Shown here in pieces: positions 45,012-53,641 of a stretch of 64,000 bases of DNA. The stretch comes from an uncultured Nitrososphaeria archaeon. GTDB taxonomy: Archaea; Thermoproteota; Nitrososphaeria; JACIWG01. The notes below the pieces were generated by a model. That model was not told the DNA's origin and made no database searches. It saw only the letters and a program-made list of their open reading frames with translations. Numbering within the stretch: position 1 is the first letter of the stretch; each line of letters opens with the position of its first letter. Position numbers and translations under genes: made by a program. Where the stretch lies: contig CAYUWR010000010.1 of the NCBI GenBank assembly GCA_964448685.1, positions 65,144 to 129,143 on the forward strand. Reading direction: 5' to 3'.

Positions 45012-45920
45012 TTGTTTGAAAGACTAAGGAACACGTTTTCTTCAATAGTTTCAACACTCTCTACAAAGGAACTCTCTGAAAGGGAACTGGATCCTCTAAT
45101 GAACGAGATGACACTGTCGCTTGTAGAATGCGATGTGGCATACGAAGTCGCCGAGGAGATAACGCGAAAACTAAAGGCTAGAATATTGGGAAAAAAGGTG
45201 CCATCATCTGAGATAAAGAAGTTTGTCAGAGAAAGCCTTAGACAATCGATTCTCGAAGTCTTCAAGGAAGCCCCTCAGATAGACATCATCAAGAAGGCTG
45301 AAGAAAAGAGGAGGCAGGGGACACCTTTTGTAATACTATTTCTGGGAATAAACGGCACAGGCAAGACCACTACACTTTCAAAGATAGCCAATCTGTACAA
45401 GAAAAGGGGATTCTCGCTGGTGGTTGTCTGTGGCGACACTCACAGAGCAGGCTCGATAGAACAATTGAAACAACACGCCAGCAGACTCGGCTTAAGAACG
45501 ATCGAGCAAAGATATGGTGCAGACCCGGCAGCTGTGGCAAGAGATGGAGTGATCTTTGCAAGAAGCCATAAGGTGGACGTGGTCCTAATAGACTCAGCTG
45601 GAAGAATTCAGACAGACAAGAACCTTATGGAAGAGATCTTGAAGATCGTCCGAGTCGTCAACCCTGACCTTAAGATCTTCGTTGGAGACGCGCTTGCAGG
45701 AAACGATGCAGTATCACAGAGCAAAGAATTCCTCAAATACACAGATTTTGATGGCGTTATCTTAGCCAAGACAGACGCGGACACCAAAGGTGGAAACGCA
45801 ATATCCATAACATATGTGACAAAGAAGCCGATCTTATATATTGGAACAGGCCAAGAATATGATGACCTAGAAGAGTTCGTACCCGAAAGGATCGTTGAAC
45901 TACTCTTTCCATCAAGTTAA
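45012..45920 (+). CDS. ftsY: signal recognition particle receptor FtsY
   Basis: SRP-GTPase motifs are GINGTGKTTT, DSAGR and AKTDADTKGG. The start is TTG, immediately after the pfdA stop. Confidence 0.9.
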   Translation: MFERLRNTFSSIVSTLSTKELSERELDPLMNEMTLSLVECDVAYEVAEEITRKLKARILGKKVPSSEIKKFVRESLRQSILEVFKEAPQIDIIKKAEEKRRQGTPFVILFLGINGTGKTTTLSKIANLYKKRGFSLVVVCGDTHRAGSIEQLKQHASRLGLRTIEQRYGADPAAVARDGVIFARSHKVDVVLIDSAGRIQTDKNLMEEILKIVRVVNPDLKIFVGDALAGNDAVSQSKEFLKYTDFDGVILAKTDADTKGGNAISITYVTKKPILYIGTGQEYDDLEEFVPERIVELLFPSS

Positions 45921-45950
45921 AGCCTTTTAAATTTTGGAAGACGCGTATAT

Positions 45951-46910
45951 GTGGACAAGATGCTCAAAGGAAGATCCCTACTATCCTTGATGGAACTTTC
46001 CAGAGAAGAAGTTGCAGAGATTCTAGACTTATCGATAAGACTGAAAGAGAAGAGGAGGAAAGGCGTCTACCCAATCCTCCTCAAACATAAAACGTTAGCC
46101 TCAATCTTCATGAAGCCTAGCACGAGGACGAGGGTGAGCTTCAACGAAGCCATGCATGAGCTTGGAGGACACTGCATCGACCTAACTTCAAGCGAACTCC
46201 AACTTGGCAGGGGAGAAACAATCGAAGACACAGCCAAAGTCCTATCTCGCTACACAGACATCATAGCGGCCAGGGTGCTTTCACACGAGGACATCGTAAG
46301 ACTTTCTGGAGCCGCTTCAATTCCAGTAGTAAACAGTCTATCTGACCTCTACCACCCCTGCCAAGTTCTCGCAGACCTCCAGACCATAAAAGAGAAAAAG
46401 GGAAGACTAGAGGGTGTAAAGCTCGCATATGTTGGAGATGGAAACAACGTGTGTAACACCCTGCTTGTAGGAGGAGCCCTTATGGGGATGGAGGTCACCG
46501 TCGCATGCCCTCCACAATATAGACCAAAGCAAGAAGCCGTCAACTTCGCACTAGAAGTGGCCAAGAGGACCAGGGGAAGAGTATCTATCATAGACAACCC
46601 CAAAGAGGCGGTCACCGATGCAGATATCATATATACAGACACATTTGTGTCCATGGGCGCAGAAAGGGAACAGGAGACCAGACTAAGAGTATTCATTCCA
46701 AAGTATCAGGTTAACCGTGAGCTAGTCAAGCATGCAAAAAGCGATTTTATCTTTATGCATTGCCTGCCAGCACACCGAAATCAAGAAGTCACAGACGATG
46801 TGATAGACGGGGGGAATTCGGCTGTCTTCGACGAAGCAGAGAATAGGCTGCATGTACAAAAGGCGATCTTATGCCTTCTGCTCCTGGAAAAAAGTGAAAT
46901 CAACATTTGA
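45951..46910 (+). CDS. argF: ornithine carbamoyltransferase
   Basis: Motifs are FMKPSTRTRVSF, HPCQVLADL, the DGNNV motif and HCLPAHRNQEV. Confidence 0.9.
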   Translation: MDKMLKGRSLLSLMELSREEVAEILDLSIRLKEKRRKGVYPILLKHKTLASIFMKPSTRTRVSFNEAMHELGGHCIDLTSSELQLGRGETIEDTAKVLSRYTDIIAARVLSHEDIVRLSGAASIPVVNSLSDLYHPCQVLADLQTIKEKKGRLEGVKLAYVGDGNNVCNTLLVGGALMGMEVTVACPPQYRPKQEAVNFALEVAKRTRGRVSIIDNPKEAVTDADIIYTDTFVSMGAEREQETRLRVFIPKYQVNRELVKHAKSDFIFMHCLPAHRNQEVTDDVIDGGNSAVFDEAENRLHVQKAILCLLLLEKSEINI

Positions 46911-47728
46911 AGATGAACTTCATAGCATCCTCACATGATCCAGCCGGCTTAAACATAGCAGGCAAAGTGATCGAAAAATTCGGATTAGAGGACACAGGCA
47001 AAATCTTCTGCGGCAAAGCAGTCTACGAAAAAGGAAGATTTCGACTACTATATGTTAACGTAGATAGTGTCTCCATAGACCAGATACTTCTCCCATATCA
47101 ATCAGATCTAATAATCGTTCTTTCAAGGCATGAGAGCGAGAAGACCGTCAACTCCCTAACTGTACATCCCACAGGCAACCTCTTGGATGAGGCAAGGCTA
47201 GGGGGAACACCGAAGCATGTGGCCTACACGAACCCATGGTATATGTCACAATATTACCGAAATCTACTGGCTACATGCCAAAATATTGTTGGAGAAAATA
47301 TGACTCTCTCAATGGAGGTCACACACCATGGGCCAACTGAGCAGAATGCACCACTCTTCTTTGTCGAAATCGGCAGCGATGAAGCACATTGGCGAGATGA
47401 GGCGCTGGCTGAGAAGATTGCGGAAACCCTGCTGATGACCACGAGCATAGAACCAAATAAGACAGATGCGTTCGTCGGCTTCGGTGGTGGACACTATGCT
47501 CCAGCTTTTTCGAATTACCTAAGAAAACATGATGTGGCATTAGGCCACATCGCTTCTAAGCATTCTCTAGTAGATACAATAGATGATAAGGTACTATTAT
47601 CACTGTTCGAAAGAAGCCTACTTGGCAAGCCTAAAGCGTTAGTTGACAGAAAAGGCCTTTCCTCAAGACAATATAAGAATCTGACCGCCTTCTTTGATAG
47701 ATACTCTATAGAATTCTTAAAGATATAA
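46907..47728 (+). CDS. dtdA: archaeal-type D-aminoacyl-tRNA deacylase (DtdA family)
   Basis: 273 aa. The N-terminus FIASSHDPAGLNIA and the later VTHHGP and GGGHYAP motifs fit the archaeal DTD2/DtdA family. Alternative ATG start at 46913. Confidence 0.75.
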   Translation: MKMNFIASSHDPAGLNIAGKVIEKFGLEDTGKIFCGKAVYEKGRFRLLYVNVDSVSIDQILLPYQSDLIIVLSRHESEKTVNSLTVHPTGNLLDEARLGGTPKHVAYTNPWYMSQYYRNLLATCQNIVGENMTLSMEVTHHGPTEQNAPLFFVEIGSDEAHWRDEALAEKIAETLLMTTSIEPNKTDAFVGFGGGHYAPAFSNYLRKHDVALGHIASKHSLVDTIDDKVLLSLFERSLLGKPKALVDRKGLSSRQYKNLTAFFDRYSIEFLKI

Positions 47729-47757
47729 TAACATGTAGAAGAAGGGTTTTATGTGCA

Positions 47758-47943
47758 GTGGCCGCCATGAACATAAAAGGTTCTCTGAAATCGATGATCA
47801 GCACAATTAGGCTGACCAAGAAGACTACATTTGTCGAGTTCAAACTATACCTCAAGCTGATCCTGATAGGGGTCGCTGCCGTTGGAGGAATAGGCTTCAT
47901 AGTCAAAGTGATAGCAAGCTTTCTAACACTAGGATGGAGATAA
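47758..47943 (+). CDS. secE: preprotein translocase subunit SecE (Sec61 gamma)
   Basis: 61 aa with an amphipathic N-terminus plus one TM helix (LILIGVAAVGGIGFIVKVI). It lies directly upstream of spt5, as in most archaea. Confidence 0.75.
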   Translation: MAAMNIKGSLKSMISTIRLTKKTTFVEFKLYLKLILIGVAAVGGIGFIVKVIASFLTLGWR

Positions 47944-47944
47944 G

Positions 47945-48394
47945 ATGCCAATGGACAATCAATTCTTCGTAATAAGAACAACAGGAGGTCAAGAAGAGAA
48001 TACAGCAAACTTCATCTACAAGAACGCTGTCCTAAACAAGAACGAAGTCTACACCATAATCTACCTCACTTCCCAAAAAGGATACTTGATAGTGGAGGCG
48101 AGAAGTGGACAGGACGTCAGAGAAGCGATATCAGGCATAAAGCATGTGAAAGAGTTGGTTCCAGGTCTTCTCAAGATCGAGGACTTCGACAAGCTACTAA
48201 TCAAGAAGCCAGCCATAACAGAATATGCCGTAGGAGAGATAGTGGACATAGTCATGGGACCCTTTAAAGGTATGAAAGCCAAGATCACCAAGATTGACCT
48301 ATCCAAGATGGAGGTCACCGTTATACTTTTAGATGCCCCCTACCCCCTCTCTTTGACGGTAGATTCCAGTTACCTAAAATCTTCCAAAAGGTAG
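47945..48394 (+). CDS. spt5: transcription elongation factor Spt5 (NusG)
   Basis: The NGN domain begins FFVIRTTGGQE. The KOW motif is GEIVDIVMGPFKGMKAKI. Confidence 0.9.
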   Translation: MPMDNQFFVIRTTGGQEENTANFIYKNAVLNKNEVYTIIYLTSQKGYLIVEARSGQDVREAISGIKHVKELVPGLLKIEDFDKLLIKKPAITEYAVGEIVDIVMGPFKGMKAKITKIDLSKMEVTVILLDAPYPLSLTVDSSYLKSSKR

Positions 48395-48400
48395 GTTGAA

Positions 48401-48907
48401 ATGGGTGAAAAAAAGGTCGTCAACGTCCTAATAACAGGCGGAGAGGCAAATGCAGGCCCACCATTAGGCCCAGCACTAGGCCCCCTTGGAGTCAACGTGG
48501 TCGCCATAGTCAAGGAAATAAACGAAATAACCAAGGAATATTCGGGCATGCGTGTACCAGTATTCGTCGAAGTGGATACAGAAACCAAGACATTCAACAT
48601 AAAAGTGGGTATACCGACCGTTTCCGCCCTATTGGCAAAAGAGGCCGGTATACCCAAGGGAGCCAGTACAACAGGAAAGGATTATGTGGGAAACATAACC
48701 TTCAAACAGTTACTCAAGGTCGCGAATGTCTGTAAACAGAAATCGTATTCTACTTCAACAAAATCGGCCATAGGAGAGGTCCTTGGTTCCTGCATGAGCA
48801 TGGGAATAAAGATCGACAACAAACCACCACCACAGGTTCTTGAAGAGGTTAAGAAAGGCCTCTACGATCAACAAATAGAGGCAGAGAACACAGAGGCGAA
48901 ATCTTAA
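48401..48907 (+). CDS. rpl11: 50S ribosomal protein L11
   Basis: GGEANAGPPLGPALGPLGVN is the signature L11 N-terminal motif. Confidence 0.95.
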   Translation: MGEKKVVNVLITGGEANAGPPLGPALGPLGVNVVAIVKEINEITKEYSGMRVPVFVEVDTETKTFNIKVGIPTVSALLAKEAGIPKGASTTGKDYVGNITFKQLLKVANVCKQKSYSTSTKSAIGEVLGSCMSMGIKIDNKPPPQVLEEVKKGLYDQQIEAENTEAKS

Positions 48908-48946
48908 AAAGAGCTAATTTTTTGGATGAGTTGTCCGTGAGTAGAT

Positions 48947-49606
48947 TTGATAACCAAGAATCAGGTCACATCTTTGGTCAAGACTGTAAAAAATAATGCG
49001 ACCAAACGCAATTTTAGGCAATCATATGAGTTAATTCTTGCACTCAAAGACATAGACTTCAAAAAACAGAATGTGACAATAAATGAGGTAGTACAGCTCC
49101 CCCATTTTTCAGGCCAACAAGCCAAGATCTGCTTCATATGCGGCGGCGACCTTGCGCTGAGAGCAAGAAAGGCTGGGGTAGACGCTGTCATAGAACCAGA
49201 ACAACTGGATAAAATACAGGGCAACAAGAAGGAGGCCAAACGCATATCTAAAGAGTATGACTTCTTCTTCGCTGACCCAACCATGATGGCGAGAGTTGGC
49301 AAAGCACTTGGCCAATACCTAGGCCCGAGCGGAAAAATGCCCACACCTGTTCCGTCAACAGCTCCAATAGAAAATTTGATAGCACGATTCAGGTCGTCTG
49401 TGAGGGCGAGGACAAGAGGCCAGCTGTCAGTAGCAGCCAAAGTAGGCAGCGAAGACCTCTCTGAAGATCAAGTTGCCGAAAACATCCTCGCAGTCTATAG
49501 CGCAATAGAAAAAAGGCTGCCTCAAGGCGAGAGGAATATCAAGAAGATATACATCAAGCTCACAATGTCAAGACCCTTAAGCATGATAGTAGGTGCCAAA
49601 GAATGA
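48947..49606 (+). CDS. rpl1: 50S ribosomal protein L1
   Basis: KRNFRQSYELILALKDIDFKK...VVQLPH is the canonical L1 N-terminal region. TTG at 48947 is the first possible start after an in-frame stop at 48938. Confidence 0.95.
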   Translation: MITKNQVTSLVKTVKNNATKRNFRQSYELILALKDIDFKKQNVTINEVVQLPHFSGQQAKICFICGGDLALRARKAGVDAVIEPEQLDKIQGNKKEAKRISKEYDFFFADPTMMARVGKALGQYLGPSGKMPTPVPSTAPIENLIARFRSSVRARTRGQLSVAAKVGSEDLSEDQVAENILAVYSAIEKRLPQGERNIKKIYIKLTMSRPLSMIVGAKE

Positions 49607-50466
49607 GCAATAGGACAAAACATTCGCCCAAGAAAGAACACATGTATTCAGAGATCACTTCACTCTCAAAACAGTACAGATATCTGTGCCTCTCAAGACT
49701 CGAGAAGGTGAGATCGGTGCAGCTTATGATGCTAAGAAAGATCTTGAGGAAGGAGGCGAGATTCATGGTTGTAAAGAACAGGGTCGCCCTAAAGGCTCTC
49801 GAAGATGCAAAGTTCAAAGGCGTAGACAAGTTAGTGGACAAGTTCTCTGGACAGATACTGCTAATATTCACAGACAAGAACCCATTTGAGCTATCACTAT
49901 TCCTATCAAAGAACAAGATTTCTTTGCCCGCTAAGGCAGGAGATATGGTAACAGAAGAAATAACGATCCCATCTGGGAACACAGGACTCGCCCCTGGACC
50001 TGTACTCAGTGAATTCAAGGAAGCAAATGTGCCAACGAAGATCGACGGCGGCAGCATATGGATCGCGAAGGATACGATAGTCGCCAAAAAAGGAGACATC
50101 ATATCTCCCAAGCTGGCTGGACTGCTGAATAGATTGAACATAAAACCCATAAAGGCAGGGCTCACAATCGCCTACGCGTTAATGGATGGAACAGCTCTGG
50201 CCGAACAAGATCTATTGCTCGACATAGAACGGTTCATAAGGGACCTGCAGACCTCATATTGGGAGGCAAAAAATCTAGCCGTCAACTCACACTACTACGT
50301 TCCTGACGTAATAGGAGAAATACTTGCTAAAGCCTATCTTGAAGCACAGAATCTGGCGATAAACTCCGACTACATGTCAGAAGACGACATAAAACAACTC
50401 GTACAGAAATATGAGACGAAGGCAAGAATATTATACGATGTACTCAAAGAAAAAGGATATGGCTAG
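49603..50466 (+). CDS. rpl10: 50S ribosomal stalk protein L10 (P0), 287 aa, without the usual acidic C-terminal tail
   Basis: The L10 N-terminal domain is VRSVQLMMLRKILRKEARFMVVKNRVALKAL and stalk-spine helices follow (EAKNLAVNS..., EAQNLAINS...). The protein ends ...LYDVLKEKGYG with no KE-rich hinge or GLxxLFG tail. Confidence 0.9.
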   Translation: MSNRTKHSPKKEHMYSEITSLSKQYRYLCLSRLEKVRSVQLMMLRKILRKEARFMVVKNRVALKALEDAKFKGVDKLVDKFSGQILLIFTDKNPFELSLFLSKNKISLPAKAGDMVTEEITIPSGNTGLAPGPVLSEFKEANVPTKIDGGSIWIAKDTIVAKKGDIISPKLAGLLNRLNIKPIKAGLTIAYALMDGTALAEQDLLLDIERFIRDLQTSYWEAKNLAVNSHYYVPDVIGEILAKAYLEAQNLAINSDYMSEDDIKQLVQKYETKARILYDVLKEKGYG

Positions 50467-50468
50467 AC

Positions 50469-50777
50469 CTACCCAAACAGCGAGGCTAACCCTTCAACGG
50501 CTTCTTCTTGCACAACCTCCTTCTTAGCCTCCTTCTTTTCCTCCTTCTTTTCTTCCTTCTTTTCAGCAGCTGCAGCCGACGCCGCCGCCACAGGAGCAGC
50601 GATCGCAGCTGTCTTCAAAGCGTCATCAATATTTACTTCGCTAAGCGCGGCTATGAGCGCCTTAATCTTCACCTGATTCGGTTCAACGCCTGCAGCGGAA
50701 ATCACTCTAGAAACATTTTCTTCGTTCACTTCCTTGCCTAGCTTGTGCAAGATCAATGCCGCGTAAACATACTCCAT
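50469..50777 (-). CDS. rpl12: 50S ribosomal stalk protein L12 (P1)
   Basis: The N-terminus is [11 protein letters not shown]. The Ala-rich and KE-rich hinge is [28 protein letters not shown]. The C-terminus is [12 protein letters not shown]. The gene is encoded on the strand opposite to rpl11-rpl1-rpl10. Confidence 0.9.
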   Translation of the reverse strand: MEYVYAALILHKLGKEVNEENVSRVISAAGVEPNQVKIKALIAALSEVNIDDALKTAAIAAPVAAASAAAAEKKEEKKEEKKEAKKEVVQEEAVEGLASLFG

Positions 50778-50901
50778 CTTAAATCAGCTCTGCATACCTG
50801 CTAATTCACCCAGTATTTAAAATATTTCCTTTCCACCCACACAACCTTGGACAAACAGAATGGAAAAGACTATATTCGCTTTCTAAGTGGGTATCACCAT
50901 A

Positions 50902-53640
50902 ATGTCCATTGACCCCAAGGAGTTCGACCTAGAATACTTCAGAGAAAACAGGTTCGTCAGGCAGCAGTGTAAGAAATGTGGAGCCTACTTTTGGTCACAG
51001 GAAGCATCTGAAACATGTGGAGAAAGCCCATGTGTAGAAAACACCTTCATAGGCCATCCGCCCACCAAGATCCATCTAGACTTGAACAAGACAAGAGAAG
51101 CCTTCCTCAGCTTCTTCAATTCTAAAGGACACAAGGTCATAGACCCATACCCTGTCGTAGCCAGGTGGAGAGATGACTTATTCGTTACAATAGCCAGCAT
51201 CGTAGACTTCCAACCGTATGTGACAAACGGCGAAATACCGCCTCCAGCTAACCCGCTTGTTGTAAGCCAGCCATGCTTGAGGTTCGAAGACATAGATAAC
51301 GTGGGAATAACATCAGGAAGACATCTTACGATATTCGAAATGGGAGGAGCTCATGCCTTCAACTACCCAGACCACTACGTGTACTGGAAGGATAAGACTG
51401 TCGCCTACCATCATGAACTAATAACAGAAGTATTCGGAGTCAAGAGTGAAAAGGTTTCCTATAAAGAACACCTCTGGTCAGGTGGAGGAAATGCAGGACC
51501 AGCAGTAGAGGCGATAGTCGATGGACTCGAGATCTCAACCTTGGTCTTCATGTGCTATAGGATGGAGGACGGCAATTGGATGCCTACACCCGTCAAGACG
51601 GTTGACACGGGATACGGAATAGAGAGATGGGCTTGGCTGAGCACAGGACAACCGACCGCATTCCATGCCATATTTGGGCCTCTACTGAACAAGTTCTCTG
51701 AAACCCTAGGGGTGGAAGTCGAGGAAAAGATCCTATACGAAACGGGAAAACTCTCTGGAGCATTCAAGACCGAACACCCACAACTCATGCTGAACAGCAG
51801 GAAAATCGTGGCAGAAAGACTGGGAATGAGCCTCGAAGAGTATCAGAAAGCAATCGAACCCTTCGAGAAGCTCTCGGCAATCCTTGATCACACAAAATCC
51901 CTAACATTCTTGTTCTCTGAAGGGGTTGTACCATCCAATGCCAAGACAGGATACCTAGCTAGAATGCTACTTAGAAGGGTCTACAGAATGTTGACAGAGT
52001 TCTCGAGAGAGGACCGACTACTAGACCTTATGAGGTACCAAATCGACTACTGGTCACAACACTTCAAGAATCTGGGAGAGTCCAGAGAGGAGATCATCAA
52101 ATTGGCAGACGTCGAATCGAGAAAATATCAAAGAACCCTGGAAAGGGAAATAGAGTTCGTGTCAAAGACCCTCCTGATGCTGAAGAAGAACAACAAGATG
52201 ACGGTGCCAAACAGCACCCTAATAGAATTCTATGAATCCCATGGCATACATCCACTGCAGGTCAAAGAAAAGGCTTCAGAGCTTGGGTTACATGTTGAAG
52301 TCCCTTCAGACTTCTTCTCCTCGATCGTCAAGATGCATGCACCAAAAGTTCAGAGGCAGGAAACAGATGAACTGGAGGAAATCATAGCCAGGGAAAGGGT
52401 TCCTCCGACAAGAAAGCTCTTCTATGAGAGCACAAAGCTCTTCGACTTCGAGGCAGATGTGATATTCACATATGACAAATATGTGGTACTTGACAGAACA
52501 GCCTTCTACGCGGAAAGCGGAGGACAACTCTCTGACTTGGGAAAGATCGTCTGGGAAGACGGAGAAGCAGAAGTTAAGGATGTCACGAAAATAGGTGGCG
52601 TAATAGTTCACAAAGTAGACAATGTACCACCTGTGGGGGTTCCAGTGAAGGGGCACGTCGACAGGGAACGGAGGCTAGCGCTTTCCATACATCACACTTC
52701 AACTCATATAATAAACGGAGCTGCAAGAAAGGTATTAGGAGAACATGTTTGGCAGGCGGGAGCCCAGAAAGATGTCAAAGAGTCAAGACTCGACATAACA
52801 CATTATGCGAACATATCTGAAGAAGAAGTCAAGATGATAGAGAGGGTAGCCAACAACATCGTGCGAGAGAACCTGCCTGTTGAAGTATATGAACTTCCTA
52901 GGCTTGAGGCGGAGAGGCGATATGGGTATCGGCTATATCAGGGAGGAGCAGTGCCAGGAAAAGAGCTGAGGGTAGTAAAGATCGCGGACCACGATGTGGA
53001 AGCATGTGGAGGAACCCATATGGAGAGAACTGGAGAATTAGGATTGATAAAGATAACAAAGGTCGAACATATACAGGATGGAGTGGAAAGGATTATATTC
53101 GCAGCAGGAGACGCCGCACTTGAAAAGGTGCAGGTAGCATCCGACATCATCAAAGACGCCTCAAATAGGCTGCTCATTCCACCAGAGAAGGTCCCAGAGA
53201 CCATACAGAAGATCCTCATAGAAAAGGAAGAATTGTCCAAGAAGATAAAAAGATATGGAAGGAGGATTTCCGAGATGAGCTTATCATATATAAGGGAGAA
53301 AGCGGTTCCAGTTTCAGAGATAACGGTATACTTTACAGTAGACCCAGACTTAGATGAGAGCACGGAGATCGAGGTAGGTAGTCAAGCCATAAAGCAGATG
53401 CCGAACCTCTTATTCTGCGCCTTGATTCCAAACAAAGACGCCATACAGATAGTGGTCTTCTCAGGAGAATATGCCCAGCAGAGGGGAATATATGCAAACG
53501 AAGTTGTAAAGGTCATTGCAGGAGCAGTCGGAGGATCAGGAGGGGGAGATAGAAGATTTGGGAGAGGGGGAGGAGGTCGCGTCGACAGAACTGGGGAAGC
53601 AAAAGAGGCGCTACAATCATATCTGAAGACGGTGACCTGA
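50902..53640 (+). CDS. alaS: alanyl-tRNA synthetase
   Basis: Archaeal AlaRS pattern: CKKCG...FWS at the N-terminus, the editing domain HxxxH (IHHTSTHIINGA) and CGGTH, and a C-terminal DHHA1-like domain with a Gly-rich end. I prefer the ATG at 50902 to the GTG at 50887. Confidence 0.95.
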   Translation: MSIDPKEFDLEYFRENRFVRQQCKKCGAYFWSQEASETCGESPCVENTFIGHPPTKIHLDLNKTREAFLSFFNSKGHKVIDPYPVVARWRDDLFVTIASIVDFQPYVTNGEIPPPANPLVVSQPCLRFEDIDNVGITSGRHLTIFEMGGAHAFNYPDHYVYWKDKTVAYHHELITEVFGVKSEKVSYKEHLWSGGGNAGPAVEAIVDGLEISTLVFMCYRMEDGNWMPTPVKTVDTGYGIERWAWLSTGQPTAFHAIFGPLLNKFSETLGVEVEEKILYETGKLSGAFKTEHPQLMLNSRKIVAERLGMSLEEYQKAIEPFEKLSAILDHTKSLTFLFSEGVVPSNAKTGYLARMLLRRVYRMLTEFSREDRLLDLMRYQIDYWSQHFKNLGESREEIIKLADVESRKYQRTLEREIEFVSKTLLMLKKNNKMTVPNSTLIEFYESHGIHPLQVKEKASELGLHVEVPSDFFSSIVKMHAPKVQRQETDELEEIIARERVPPTRKLFYESTKLFDFEADVIFTYDKYVVLDRTAFYAESGGQLSDLGKIVWEDGEAEVKDVTKIGGVIVHKVDNVPPVGVPVKGHVDRERRLALSIHHTSTHIINGAARKVLGEHVWQAGAQKDVKESRLDITHYANISEEEVKMIERVANNIVRENLPVEVYELPRLEAERRYGYRLYQGGAVPGKELRVVKIADHDVEACGGTHMERTGELGLIKITKVEHIQDGVERIIFAAGDAALEKVQVASDIIKDASNRLLIPPEKVPETIQKILIEKEELSKKIKRYGRRISEMSLSYIREKAVPVSEITVYFTVDPDLDESTEIEVGSQAIKQMPNLLFCALIPNKDAIQIVVFSGEYAQQRGIYANEVVKVIAGAVGGSGGGDRRFGRGGGGRVDRTGEAKEALQSYLKTVT

Positions 53641-53641
53641 G

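Noticed and set aside
49560-50165. 201-aa minus-strand ORF, and similarly 48961..49440 (159 aa), 15583..15942, 16078..16446, 41547..41957 and 53382..53893
   Set aside because: All lie antisense to strongly supported genes (rpl10, rpl1, pdxA-like/kinase, hom, alaS/leuS). They have low-complexity Ser/Leu/Pro-rich translations with no recognisable motifs. They are typical shadow ORFs.
50520-50580. Short tandem purine-rich repeats (gaaaagaagga-type) that could look like a microsatellite
   Set aside because: They are the coding sequence, on the opposite strand, of the KE-rich hinge ([16 protein letters not shown]) of ribosomal protein P1.
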